Of a stretch of 64,000 nt of DNA, positions 29,101-38,710 are shown in pieces. Position 1 is the first letter of the stretch. The number at the start of each line of letters is the position of its first letter. The translations under genes were made by a program, and so were the position numbers. A model generated the notes under the pieces. The model searched no databases, was not told the origin of the DNA, and was given only the letters and a program-made list of their open reading frames with translations. Where the stretch lies: positions 39,003 to 103,002 of the forward strand of contig JBKAGE010000043.1 of NCBI GenBank assembly GCA_046290225.1. Reading direction: 5' to 3'. The DNA is from Bradymonadia bacterium (GTDB lineage: Bacteria > Myxococcota_A > Bradymonadia > UBA7976 > UBA1532).

Positions 29101-29184
29101 GCCGGAGTGGCGGAATTGGTAGACGCGCCGGACTCAAAATCCGGTGTCCGCGAGGACGTGTCGGTTCGAGCCCGACCTCCGGTA
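29101..29184 (+). tRNA. tRNA-Leu (anticodon CAA), CCA end not encoded
   Basis: Acceptor GCCGGAG/CTCCGGT, D-loop GGAATTGGTAGAC, anticodon arm CCGGA-CTCAAAA-TCCGG, long variable arm, T-arm GTCGG-TTCGAGC-CCGAC. Confidence 0.96.
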
Positions 29185-29194
29185 CCCTCTTCTT

Positions 29195-29221
29195 TCCCCT
29201 GAGCACGTCTCGCTCAGGGGA
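29195..29221. terminator. 10-bp stem-loop between the convergent tRNA and TPR-YggX genes
   Basis: TCCCCTGAGC-acgtctc-GCTCAGGGGA; no classical U-tract. Confidence 0.5.
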
Positions 29222-29235
29222 TGATCTTCCAGTCC

Positions 29236-29880
29236 CTATTCGTAGACCTTGCCCTCGAAGAGATTCTCGGGAATCGCGAGGAAGTCTTTCATGTACTGGT
29301 CGTAGACTTGCTGCGCCTGAGGATCACCCAGGTCGAGTCGCAGCTCGTTGATCACCTTGACGCTCATTTCCATCCAGTCCTGCCAGCTGTCCTGGGTGAT
29401 GTGGGCCTGGATCCAATCACCCACCTCGTCGGCGAAAGGGTTGAACTGCATCTTCTGGCCGATGCGCCCTGTACGGTGGTCGCGAATCTCGCCTTCCTCC
29501 AGAGGACGATCATCTTCCACCACCGCCTCTACCGGACCGCCGGCGGTGACCTCGGGGATGGGGGCACCCTGGGCCTCGAGGTGGGCTTTGATCTCGTTGG
29601 CAGGCATCAGGTGACCTTGCTTCAGAGCCACCTCGTACCCTTGCTGCCAGATCTCCACCGCCTTGAGATCATCTCCTGAGCCAGCATGTGCCTCACCGAG
29701 GAGCACCCAGGCCTTGCTGAACTCCTCGTTGAGGCGCAGCACGTACTTCAGCGCTCCGATGGCTTCACCAGGACGGTCAGCGTTGAGGAGCGCCTGCCCC
29801 AGAGCAAAGTGGGCAAGCTCGTCTTCGGGGTTGGCCTGAGCCATCTTGCGAAACTCTTCGATCCGCTCCGAGGGGTTCAC
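29236..29880 (-). CDS. TPR + YggX-like (Fe(II)-trafficking / oxidative damage protection) fusion protein
   Basis: GTG 29880 with AGGAGG RBS; N-terminal TPRs; C-terminal PFADEVGDWIQAHITQDSWQDW...VINELRLDL....YMKDFL matches the YggX pattern. Confidence 0.8.
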   Translation of the reverse strand: MNPSERIEEFRKMAQANPEDELAHFALGQALLNADRPGEAIGALKYVLRLNEEFSKAWVLLGEAHAGSGDDLKAVEIWQQGYEVALKQGHLMPANEIKAHLEAQGAPIPEVTAGGPVEAVVEDDRPLEEGEIRDHRTGRIGQKMQFNPFADEVGDWIQAHITQDSWQDWMEMSVKVINELRLDLGDPQAQQVYDQYMKDFLAIPENLFEGKVYE

Positions 29881-30126
29881 GGAGGCCTCCTGATTCACGA
29901 TGTGGGGGCAGAGCGCTCTGCCGGTTGATGTGATGGGGGTTCGATGCCCGTCGTGGGGCGCTGGTCGCGATCCTGATGTCGGACTGGCCACCGGCCCAGC
30001 CACCTGCCCCGGGTCCGGTGACTCCACCGATGGGGCAGGGGGAGTCTACGGCATTGGGGCGATTTTGCCCGCAACCATGGGCTCTACCAGCCTTTTTTGA
30101 TCTCGACCCTACAGGTCCGCACAATT

Positions 30127-30142
30127 GGGCACGCCTCGTGCT
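30127..30142 (+). promoter_or_regulatory. Candidate sigma54 promoter
   Basis: GGGCACG-cctc-GTGCT, with GG-N10-GC spacing, ~70 nt upstream of the lipoprotein gene. Confidence 0.45.
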
Positions 30143-30211
30143 AAATATCATGAGGTGGAGAATTGTGGTCGCTCATCGGCTTTGACATGAACTCGATGGG
30201 CAGAGTCAAAC

Positions 30212-32074
30212 ATGGTGTGGATGATGAACACGAACAGACTCATGCGAAGCCGTTACCTGTGGTTGCTCGGTGCCCTCTTCCTGATGGGCGTCGGCTGTGC
30301 CGATTCGGCAAAGAGCCCCAGTGAGCCCACACCTGATGGTGGGATGATCATCCCTGATCCCGATGCCGCGGTGACGCCTCAGCCCGACATGGGTGAAGGC
30401 CCTGTGGTGCCTGGCAGCCGTGAGCTGGTCATCGATGGTGACATCAACGTCATCGTATTCTACGGCGAGACCCGTCAGCTGCCCGTGTTCTATCGCCGGG
30501 CGGATGGCAGCCCCGTGCCTGCGGCTCGTGTGACCGCCACCATGCTCGACATGAACGGTGCCGAGGCCAACAGCATCGAAGGCAGCCGCCTGCGCACCCT
30601 GTCGGCCACCACAGACGCCAATGGTCGCGCTGTCTTCGATCTGCAGGGCGGCAACCTGCCGGTGGACTTCCAGGTCCGGGCCACAGCCCCCGGGGCCGCC
30701 GACGTCTTCTGGAATGCCTTCGTCAGCCAGCCGGGTCAGGGCACCCTCCAGGTCCGCGTGAACTTCGACGAGGCCAACAGCCGGTATGGCTTCGTCGATG
30801 TGACCAAGACCCGCATCACCTTGTTCGACAACCAGAACTGCGCAGCCCTCGATCGCACGCCCACGGATCTGCTTGGCGCGCTGCTCGAGCAGTTCATCGA
30901 TCCCTTCAACGCCGTGCGCAACCGCGCCACCGTCCGTGAGCTCGGCGACGGCGCCACCTTCGCCGTGGCTGTGCAGGGCCAGACCAGCACCAACGCCACC
31001 ATCACCTTCGGGTGCACCGACAACGTCACCATCGTCGGCGGTGAGGTCACCGACGTCGAGGTGGACCTCAGGGATCTGCCCATCCAATTCAAGGGCCTCT
31101 ACCTCGTGGAGTCGCAGTTCGACCTCACCAGCATCCTCACGAACTCCGAGAACGACACGCTCAACACCGTGGGCACCGTGCTGCGGGTCATCGGCGCCAT
31201 TGGCGGCGGCATCGGCGATGGCGAGTACCCCCGGGGCAACGCCATCATCGATCTCATCTGCGAGTACGCCGACATCGGCGACGGCACCTGCGCCACCATC
31301 CGCGGCTTTGGCGCGCGTCTCATCGACGAGGTCATCAACAACACCATCCCCATGGATGTGTTGAACGTGCTCAACATCATCGGTGACATCTACCGAATCG
31401 TCAGCGAGTTCACCATCGTGGGCGAGTTCGAGTTCATCAACGCGTTCCCCGACGAGAACAACATGCTCGCCGGCAACGATCACCGCTGGCAGGCCTTCCA
31501 GTTCGTGTGGCGCAACAACTGCCCCTTCAACACCCTCGAGGAGTGCACCCGCACCTTCGGGAACCAGGAGCTCGGCCTCGATCGCCGGGCCATCGCTGGG
31601 GTCTTCGACGCTGAGCTCAATGGCGCCGAGATGCACATCATGCCCCACAGCATGACCCTCAAGTACGGTGTCATCATCCTCGGCCTCGCCGAGACCTGGA
31701 TCATCCCCGCGATCCTGAACAGCCAGGGCCCCATCACCCTGGAAGATCTCTTCAACACGCTGATCCCCTGCGAGGATGTGAACGATGCCCTCTCGGGGAA
31801 CCCCCAGAGCGGGCTGTGCGAGGAGGTCTTCGTGCAGGCCCTCAGCGAGCTGCTCGTCGACCAGATCTCCCGTCTGGAGTTCGACCTCGATCAGTTCAAC
31901 CTCGAGGGTTGGGTGACCCCTGCGGACACCACGGGCTCCTTGAGCATCGACAGCATGCCTGATGGTGAGTGGTCGGGCACCGTGACCATTGGTGGCAACG
32001 ATCTCGTCTTCGAAGGCAGCTTCCGCGGTTGCCTCCGTGGTGGTCCCGATCAGCCCTGTGACCTGCCCGAGTAA
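30212..32074 (+). CDS. Hypothetical lipoprotein with N-terminal Ig-like domain and paired cysteines
   Basis: Lipobox GVGC; ATTDANGRAVF Ig-like motif; strong codon bias. Exact start Met uncertain (30212-30242). Confidence 0.75.
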   Translation: MVWMMNTNRLMRSRYLWLLGALFLMGVGCADSAKSPSEPTPDGGMIIPDPDAAVTPQPDMGEGPVVPGSRELVIDGDINVIVFYGETRQLPVFYRRADGSPVPAARVTATMLDMNGAEANSIEGSRLRTLSATTDANGRAVFDLQGGNLPVDFQVRATAPGAADVFWNAFVSQPGQGTLQVRVNFDEANSRYGFVDVTKTRITLFDNQNCAALDRTPTDLLGALLEQFIDPFNAVRNRATVRELGDGATFAVAVQGQTSTNATITFGCTDNVTIVGGEVTDVEVDLRDLPIQFKGLYLVESQFDLTSILTNSENDTLNTVGTVLRVIGAIGGGIGDGEYPRGNAIIDLICEYADIGDGTCATIRGFGARLIDEVINNTIPMDVLNVLNIIGDIYRIVSEFTIVGEFEFINAFPDENNMLAGNDHRWQAFQFVWRNNCPFNTLEECTRTFGNQELGLDRRAIAGVFDAELNGAEMHIMPHSMTLKYGVIILGLAETWIIPAILNSQGPITLEDLFNTLIPCEDVNDALSGNPQSGLCEEVFVQALSELLVDQISRLEFDLDQFNLEGWVTPADTTGSLSIDSMPDGEWSGTVTIGGNDLVFEGSFRGCLRGGPDQPCDLPE

Positions 32075-32193
32075 CACCCCTCAACACCTTCGACCCACCC
32101 CCACACCTCAGCCCAGTTGTTGACACAACCTCTGCTGATCGCTGAAAATCCAAGCGTTTTTCCGTAGTGCTGGTCACTGGAGGGGGTCTCCCC

Positions 32194-33255
32194 GTGGAAC
32201 GCTTGCACATCTCCTTCATCCTCCATCAGCGGCTCCTCGTCGGCGGCATCTGCCTCGGCATGGCGGGGTGTGGCGCAGGGATGACTCAGCGGCAGCAGCA
32301 AACACTCGCCGAGACGCAGTCCCAGCTGCAGCATTTGAAGGATGCCTACACGGCGCAGCGCAAGCGGGTAGACCAGCTCAAGAGTCGTATCTCTCTTCTG
32401 GAAGATCAGCTCGAAGCGCAGCAAACCGTCAGGGGGTACACACCGCCTGCTGTGTCTGCACCTGTGGCGTCGGCCCCCATCTCTCCCAGGGGTAGAGAGG
32501 GCGCACCTGATCTCGCCTCTCCAAGGCCTGTAGCCACCGTGGGGCCATCTGGCCTGCCCGTCGTGCCCGTGACCCCTCAGGCTCGGGGTGGCGTAAGCCC
32601 GTCCTATGCGCCGGCTTCTGTGGGGCAGCCCACACGCACCCGTGTGCTGACGCAGAGAGATCTCGACGCTCTGGACGCGCAATATCAGCCTGCGCCTCCT
32701 CCAGAAGAGAAGAAGTTGCCCAGGCCCTCCAAGACCAGGAGAGTGGCCCGTGGGGCCAAACAGTCGAAGGACAAGTCACCGCGTAAGTCCGTTGCCCGAG
32801 GTGATGATAACGCTCGCTCCGTGAAGGTGCGCAGGGTGGTGCCTCTGCCACAGCGTGCCACCACGTCGCAGACGGGCCCGGTGGAGCGCTACCGCACCGC
32901 CTATGCTGCGTTTCAGCGCGGCGATTTCCAGGTGGCTGCGGTCGGTTTCAACGACTTCCTGGAGAACTGGCCAGATCATGCCTACGCCGAGGGCGCATTG
33001 TTCTGGTTGGCGCATTGTGCTGCTCGAAGAGGCCAGGACGCTGTGGCCATCGAGCGGTTCCGGAAGATGGTGAAGCGATTCCCCAAGGGGGATCATGTGC
33101 CAGAGGCGTTGTTGGAGATCGGCCTCGCCCTTGATCGGCGAGGGCTGTCGAGCGACGCTCGGGAGACTCTGAGTCGTCTTGTGGCAGTGTATCCGCGGAC
33201 CGACGCCGCCAGAAGGGCTACAGCCCGCCTTGAAGAGACCCGAAGTGGCATGTAG
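32194..33255 (+). CDS. CpoB/YbgF-like coiled-coil + TPR lipoprotein
   Basis: GGAGG RBS, GTG 32194; lipobox MAGC; coiled coil; C-terminal YRTAYAAFQRGDF..FLENWPDHAYAEGALFWLA...FPKGDHVPEALL..YP.T.AA. Confidence 0.75.
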   Translation: MERLHISFILHQRLLVGGICLGMAGCGAGMTQRQQQTLAETQSQLQHLKDAYTAQRKRVDQLKSRISLLEDQLEAQQTVRGYTPPAVSAPVASAPISPRGREGAPDLASPRPVATVGPSGLPVVPVTPQARGGVSPSYAPASVGQPTRTRVLTQRDLDALDAQYQPAPPPEEKKLPRPSKTRRVARGAKQSKDKSPRKSVARGDDNARSVKVRRVVPLPQRATTSQTGPVERYRTAYAAFQRGDFQVAAVGFNDFLENWPDHAYAEGALFWLAHCAARRGQDAVAIERFRKMVKRFPKGDHVPEALLEIGLALDRRGLSSDARETLSRLVAVYPRTDAARRATARLEETRSGM

Positions 33256-33286
33256 ACCCCTGGTCGAGAGTTTGAGTGGAGGATTC

Positions 33287-34459
33287 ATGAGAGACTGGTG
33301 TGCACGGCTCGCTCTGTGTCTGACCGTAGGCACTGTGACGGTGGGCGCTGTGACGGTGGGCACCCTGGTCGGGGGCGCGACCGAAGCTGCGGCTCAAGCT
33401 GCGATCTCGGCGAAGGGCACTTCTGGCCCGAGCCGTACAGGTGGCTTGTCGTTCTGGTCTGACCAGCTACAGGGCGATGGTAAGGCGGGCTCGATCAAGT
33501 TCGTCGACGCCGCCCCTGGCACCCTCCTGGGGCCCGACATCTACGTGGTCAAATCCGGGGACACGCTCTGGGACATTTGCGGCGTGGTCTTCAACAACCC
33601 CTTCGTGTGGCCCAAGGTCTGGGCGCTCAACCCACACATCACCAACCCCCACTGGATCTACCCGGGCGACGTTCTCAGGCTGCGCCAGACTCTGCAGGGC
33701 GACACTGTCGTTTCCAGGCAGGGCGACACCCGGCGGCGCCCCGCGCCCTCGATGATCTACGTCAACGCAGAAGAAGATGCTGTGCAGGAGGTCGTGAACG
33801 TCGGCTACCTCGCTGGTGAAGACGAAGAGGAGCCCCTCGGCGACATCATCGCCTCACCGAGTGCCAACCTCTGGCTCGACCAGACCTCGCGGGTCTACGT
33901 GAAGTTCAAGGATCTCTCTCAGGTGCAGCTTGGGCAGCGCTACACGGTCTACACACGTGGCAAAGAGATCACCCACCCCGACTCCGGTAAAGAATTGGGG
34001 AATAAGGTGCGTGTCCGGGGCGTGGTAGAGATCGTTCGCGTGGACGAGAAGGTGGCCACCGGGCGTATGGTGAAGAGCTACACCGAGATCGAGCGCGGCG
34101 CCCTCGTGGGCCCTCTCGAGGAGCACTACCGACGGGTCAGCCCCCAGCAGAACCTCATCGACCTCGACGGCTTCGTCGTCGAGCGCGTCCAGCAGATCAC
34201 CATGTTGGGGCAGTCCGAGCTGCTCTTCATCGATCGGGGCGCAGAAGATGGTGTGCAGGTGGGCAACCGGTTCAAGGTGATCCGTCGGGGAGACGGCAGC
34301 AAAGAGCTGGACGAGGATGTGCTCGAGCTTCTGCCGTGGGAAGAGATCGGCGAGCTGCTGGTGGTGGACACGCGCCCCGGGAGCAGCACCGTTCTGGTCA
34401 CTCGGGCAGAGAAAGATCTCAAGATCGGTGATCGGATTTCCATGCGTCGGAACTACTGA
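33287..34459 (+). CDS. LysM peptidoglycan-binding protein
   Basis: GGAGGA RBS, ATG 33287; YVVKSGDTLWDI...PFVWPKVWALNPHITNPHWIYPGDVL; typical position upstream of dprA. Confidence 0.88.
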   Translation: MRDWCARLALCLTVGTVTVGAVTVGTLVGGATEAAAQAAISAKGTSGPSRTGGLSFWSDQLQGDGKAGSIKFVDAAPGTLLGPDIYVVKSGDTLWDICGVVFNNPFVWPKVWALNPHITNPHWIYPGDVLRLRQTLQGDTVVSRQGDTRRRPAPSMIYVNAEEDAVQEVVNVGYLAGEDEEEPLGDIIASPSANLWLDQTSRVYVKFKDLSQVQLGQRYTVYTRGKEITHPDSGKELGNKVRVRGVVEIVRVDEKVATGRMVKSYTEIERGALVGPLEEHYRRVSPQQNLIDLDGFVVERVQQITMLGQSELLFIDRGAEDGVQVGNRFKVIRRGDGSKELDEDVLELLPWEEIGELLVVDTRPGSSTVLVTRAEKDLKIGDRISMRRNY

Positions 34460-34500
34460 GCCCCAGATCGTCCACGTGGAGGTTTACCCTTCACTGATGG

Positions 34501-35577
34501 ATGATCATGATGCAGCCCGATCCCCAGAGCCCCGCAGAGCGGGCCCTCCTCCTCTCCCTCGCTCCCCAAAAGATTCAACGTCACCTCTGGACTGATTTCG
34601 TACGCAGTGCAGGTGAATGGCCTGAGCATTCTACGACCTGGCTTGCCTTCGAGCAGTGGAGCCAGACTGCCGAAGCATGGGGACACTGGTGCATCGAGCA
34701 AGAGGCCCTTGCCTGCCTCTCGGCGTCGATACTGACGCCGTTGTGTCCTCATTGGCCCATCTCTTTGCCCCCAGAGGGGGTGCTCCGAGTCAAGGGAGTC
34801 ACCCCAAGGGGCCGGGCTGTGGGCATCATCGGCGCACGTCGGGCAGATCGGTATGGCCGAGATCTCGCGAGGCGAGTGGCTGAGGTGGCCTGTGCGCAGG
34901 GGTGGAGTGTCATCTCAGGTGGGGCTGCAGGTGCTGACGCCGCGGCCCACGAAGGTGCTCTGAGCGTCGGTGGCCGAACAGTGTGGTTGATGGGTGGCGG
35001 GCTCGGACAGAGGCTCAGCGCCGATCGCCAGAAGCTCGCGGAGCGCGTCGCTGAGCAGGGCGCCGTCGTGAGCCCTTTCCCGTGCCAGATGCCGCCGAAG
35101 TCCTGGGTATTCCCAGAGCGGAACCGGTGGTTGGCGCACTGGGTGGAACAGCTCGTGGTGGTACAGGCTGATCGTCGATCGGGCTCGATGATTACGGCTC
35201 GAGCGGCCTTGCAGGCCCACCGACCTGTGTGGTCTGCCCCGGGCCCGTTGGATAGCCCGCTGCATCAGGGGTGTCACGCGCTTCTCGAAGAGGGGGCGCG
35301 ATGCCTGAGCGCTGTGGACGCCTGGCTGCCCGAATCGGAGGGGGTGTCTGCAGTCGAGCAGCCAGCAGATCTCTGTCCGAGCGATCCTGTATCCGCGGCG
35401 ATCTGGGCAGCGGCGAGCGTCGAGCCCGAGGGGGTGGCAGCCCTCGCCCGTCGCGCTGGACTGACGGTGGCCCAGGCCGGCGCTGCAGTCATTCTCATGG
35501 AGATGGAGGGGTGGTTGAGCAGCCACCCCGGAGGGCGATACGCTCGCGGTCATCTGGCACAGGAGCAGCCCAGGTGA
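34501..35577 (+). CDS. dprA: DNA-protecting protein DprA
   Basis: VGIIGAR, VISGGAAGADAAAHEGAL, FPERNR, VVVQADRRSGSMITA, C-terminal winged helix. Confidence 0.9.
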   Translation: MIMMQPDPQSPAERALLLSLAPQKIQRHLWTDFVRSAGEWPEHSTTWLAFEQWSQTAEAWGHWCIEQEALACLSASILTPLCPHWPISLPPEGVLRVKGVTPRGRAVGIIGARRADRYGRDLARRVAEVACAQGWSVISGGAAGADAAAHEGALSVGGRTVWLMGGGLGQRLSADRQKLAERVAEQGAVVSPFPCQMPPKSWVFPERNRWLAHWVEQLVVVQADRRSGSMITARAALQAHRPVWSAPGPLDSPLHQGCHALLEEGARCLSAVDAWLPESEGVSAVEQPADLCPSDPVSAAIWAAASVEPEGVAALARRAGLTVAQAGAAVILMEMEGWLSSHPGGRYARGHLAQEQPR

Positions 35578-37319
35578 ACGCTTCGAATCAGCCCCTGATG
35601 ATCGTCGAGTCTCCCCGCACCGCAGAGGTGCTCCGATGGCGGCTCGGGGCGCCCTGGAAGGTGGGGTTCACCCGCGGCAGCCTCATGGAGGCGAACGAGC
35701 TCGGCTGGCGACCGAGGGTGGACAGGCGGTCGGAGATCGAGGCCCTCGTCGAGGCTGCTGCAGAGGCAAGTGATGTCTATGTGGCCACTGACGATGACCG
35801 GGAGGGGGAGGGCATTGCCGGTCAGGTTCGGTGGGCGCTGAGGCACACCCACAGTGACCTCTGGCGACTCCGCACCCCGAGTGTGCTCGATGAGCCAACG
35901 CTGCACGAGGCCCTCGCCGATGCGAAGCCTCTCGGAGCCGATGTGGGAGAGAAGGCCCGGTGGGCCCATCTCGTAGATCGGGCCCTGAGTGCCGAGCTGG
36001 GTCAGCGACTGTCCTCCGTTGGGGGGAGCGCTCCGGGACGGGTGCAGGTGGCGGCCCTGGGACTGATGAGTGGCGCCTTCAAGGACGCATGGCCCATAGA
36101 CGAGCGCCGCTCTCAGCAACCACTGGATACCGCGGGGTTGTGGGTGGCCACTTCACGGCGTCAACTGGAGACACGGGCGGGTCATGTGGTGCGTCATCTC
36201 GGCCGGCCAGAGGTGGAGTCCATCACCCAGCATCTCTATCTCAAGGGCCTGATCAGTTATCCAAGGACGCGCAGCACCTGGATGCCGCCCACATATGTCG
36301 AGCAGGCTAGGGGCGTGCTGTCCAGGCATGGCACGCTCCGAGACTCGCCACTCCAGGCCCCTGCCAGCGCTCATGGTGCCCTGAGGCCGTCGTGGTTCGA
36401 CGACACAGGGCCCCAGGGGCTGCGACAGCTCGTCAGCGCCCCTGATGCCCACACTGTGCTGGCGCTCATCTGGTCACACACTGCAGCCTGCCTCGCAGGG
36501 CCAGAGCATCCATGGGCCCGATGGGGGATCGAGCCCCTCGACGGACCCATGGGGTGGGGCGAGATCGCCGGAAGACTGATCTGGGCCGGGGTGAGCACAC
36601 CGGCGAGCGTAGGGGCATCACTCACCAGGGTGGTGCATCACGGCTGGGTCCATGGGCCATCAACGAGCGCAGAGATTCGGTTGAGCCCGGCAGGTGGTCG
36701 GATCGTCGATCTGCTGGCAGCCCATTGCCCGGAGGCGCTCACGCCGGCCCTCACTGCTCGCGTCGAGACCTGGCTCGCTGATCCTGAAGTCGACCACGCC
36801 TCGGCATTGCGATGGCCCCATGAGGTGGCCAGGTCATTGTTGCGGTGGCGCGTGGGCGTATCGCCCACCCCCTCACCTACATCGAATGATGGGGTGTCGT
36901 GCCCGGACTGTGGTGGCTCGATGAGCATTCGACGGGGCCGACGGGGGCAGTTCTGGGGATGCGACGATTTTCCGCGCTGCAGAGGCACTGCGCCCTTGGA
37001 AACCCCGGGGAGGCTCAGTCGGCAGGCACCCTTCTCGATGGCCTGCCCACACTGTGAAGATGGCCAGGTGACGCCACGGCGTGGGCGAGGCGGGCGATGG
37101 ACCTATCATTGCTCCAATGGAGCACGGTGCGATTTCTTCTGCCGTGATCGCCCAGTGGCTGTAGAGTGCCCCCGTTGTCGACACGGCTACATGGTGGAGT
37201 ACACGCCTCACGCTCGAGGCACCTCTCGCTTCGTGGTGCGACCCTCAGTCCACCCCGACAGCCCCGAGCAGCCGACGCTCTCCTGCCCTGCGTGTCGACA
37301 TCGGATCTCCCGGCGCTGA
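35574..37319 (+). CDS. topA: Divergent, internally deleted type IA DNA topoisomerase (TopA-like) with 3 C4 zinc ribbons
   Basis: GTG overlapping the dprA stop; IVESP, ATDDDREGE, GRVQ, LISYPRT (catalytic Tyr codon 36258), AHGALRP; CPDC..C..FPRC ribbons; dprA-topA-trmFO synteny. Confidence 0.78.
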   Translation: MNASNQPLMIVESPRTAEVLRWRLGAPWKVGFTRGSLMEANELGWRPRVDRRSEIEALVEAAAEASDVYVATDDDREGEGIAGQVRWALRHTHSDLWRLRTPSVLDEPTLHEALADAKPLGADVGEKARWAHLVDRALSAELGQRLSSVGGSAPGRVQVAALGLMSGAFKDAWPIDERRSQQPLDTAGLWVATSRRQLETRAGHVVRHLGRPEVESITQHLYLKGLISYPRTRSTWMPPTYVEQARGVLSRHGTLRDSPLQAPASAHGALRPSWFDDTGPQGLRQLVSAPDAHTVLALIWSHTAACLAGPEHPWARWGIEPLDGPMGWGEIAGRLIWAGVSTPASVGASLTRVVHHGWVHGPSTSAEIRLSPAGGRIVDLLAAHCPEALTPALTARVETWLADPEVDHASALRWPHEVARSLLRWRVGVSPTPSPTSNDGVSCPDCGGSMSIRRGRRGQFWGCDDFPRCRGTAPLETPGRLSRQAPFSMACPHCEDGQVTPRRGRGGRWTYHCSNGARCDFFCRDRPVAVECPRCRHGYMVEYTPHARGTSRFVVRPSVHPDSPEQPTLSCPACRHRISRR

Positions 37320-37362
37320 GGGCGCTTGAGGGGAGAGATGGCGCTGTTGTGAGGAGAGTAAG

Positions 37363-38706
37363 GTGAGCTCGATCAAAGACACGGGCCCGATCAAAGTCAT
37401 TGGGGGTGGTCTCGCCGGGTGCGAAGTGGCCATCCAGCTGGCCCGCCGCGGTGTGGCCGTGGAACTGTACGAGATGAAGCCCGAGCGGCGCACACCGGCG
37501 CAGAAGAGCGACGGTCTCGCAGAGCTCGTGTGCTCCAACAGCTTCCGGAGCGCCAACACATCCAACGCCATCGGGTTGCTGAAGTGGGAGATGCGCCATG
37601 TCGGCAGCCGCATCATGCAGGCCGCCGACAAACACGCCGTGCCTGCAGGGGATGCCCTCGCCGTCGATCGGGACAAGTTCTCTGATGAGATGACTGCCAT
37701 CATCGCAGCAGATCCGCTGATCACCGTGCGTCACGAGGTGGTGACCTCGATCCCCGAGGGGCCCACGGTGATTTGTACCGGGCCCCTCACGGCGACAGAG
37801 CTGGCCCAGGACATCGCCCGCCGCGCCGGACGCGACAGCCTCTACTTCTACGATGCCATCGCCCCCATCATCGACGCCGACAGCATCAACTGGGACATCG
37901 TCTGGCGGCAGAGCCGCTACGACAAGGGCGAGGGCGCCGACTACGCCAACATCCCCCTGAACGAAGAGCAGTACATGGCCTTCGTGCAGGGGGTCGTCGA
38001 TGGCGAGAAGGTGGTGCCCAAAGCCTTCGAAGAGGCGAAGTACTTCGAAGGCTGCCTGCCCATCGAGGTCATGGCAGAGCGGGGGCCGCTCACCCTGGCC
38101 CATGGACCCATGAAGCCCGTGGGCCTCACTGATCCCCGGACGGGCTCTTCATGCTTTGCCGTGGCCCAGCTGCGGATGGAGAATCGCGAGGGCACTGCGT
38201 GGAACATGGTGGGCTTCCAGACGCGCCTCAAGTATCCCGAGCAGCGTCGGCTGTTCCGCAGTATGCCTGGCCTCGAAGGCGCAGAGTTCCTGCGGTTCGG
38301 CAGCGTGCATCGGAACACGTACGTGCACTCACCCAGCCTGCTCAGCGATGACCTGCACTGGCATGACGATGACAATCTCTGGCTTGCAGGGCAGATCACC
38401 GGTGTCGAGGGGTACGTGGAATCCACCGCCTGTGGCCTGCTCATCGCGTGGCATCTACTGGCTCAGCTCAAGGGCGTGACTCTGCCGTCGCCGCCGGCGA
38501 CGACGGCCTTCGGGGCGATGAAGCGCCACCTCAGAGGGGAAGGGGTGTTGTCGGATTACAGCCCGAGCAACCTCAACTGGAGTCTCTTCGCCCCCATCGA
38601 GAAGGTTCGGCGAGAAAAGAAGCGGGATCGCAGAGCGCGTATGTCTGCCCGGGCTCAGACTGACCTGAAGGCCTGGTGGGCTGAGGTGGAAGCGCTGCTG
38701 GGTTGA
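37363..38706 (+). CDS. trmFO: Methylenetetrahydrofolate-tRNA-(uracil-54)-methyltransferase TrmFO
   Basis: VIGGGLAGCE, AELVCSNS, YFYDAIAP, YFEGCLPIE, GPMKPVGL, GQITGVEGYVES. Confidence 0.96.
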   Translation: MSSIKDTGPIKVIGGGLAGCEVAIQLARRGVAVELYEMKPERRTPAQKSDGLAELVCSNSFRSANTSNAIGLLKWEMRHVGSRIMQAADKHAVPAGDALAVDRDKFSDEMTAIIAADPLITVRHEVVTSIPEGPTVICTGPLTATELAQDIARRAGRDSLYFYDAIAPIIDADSINWDIVWRQSRYDKGEGADYANIPLNEEQYMAFVQGVVDGEKVVPKAFEEAKYFEGCLPIEVMAERGPLTLAHGPMKPVGLTDPRTGSSCFAVAQLRMENREGTAWNMVGFQTRLKYPEQRRLFRSMPGLEGAEFLRFGSVHRNTYVHSPSLLSDDLHWHDDDNLWLAGQITGVEGYVESTACGLLIAWHLLAQLKGVTLPSPPATTAFGAMKRHLRGEGVLSDYSPSNLNWSLFAPIEKVRREKKRDRRARMSARAQTDLKAWWAEVEALLG

Positions 38707-38710
38707 TGCC

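Noticed and set aside
29101..29240. tRNA-Leu as a prophage or island attachment site
   Set aside because: No adjacent integrase and no duplicated tRNA 3' end noticed in the window.
32120..32150. Sigma70 promoter upstream of the cpoB-like gene
   Set aside because: TTGACA is present but there is no convincing -10 box at 16-18 nt spacing.
35271..35573. ORF-track N-terminal extensions (topA from 35271, argF from 52632, TPR-YggX from 30027, gltD from 21308)
   Set aside because: They overlap upstream genes or lack homology-like content; internal starts with an RBS or stop/start overlap fit better.
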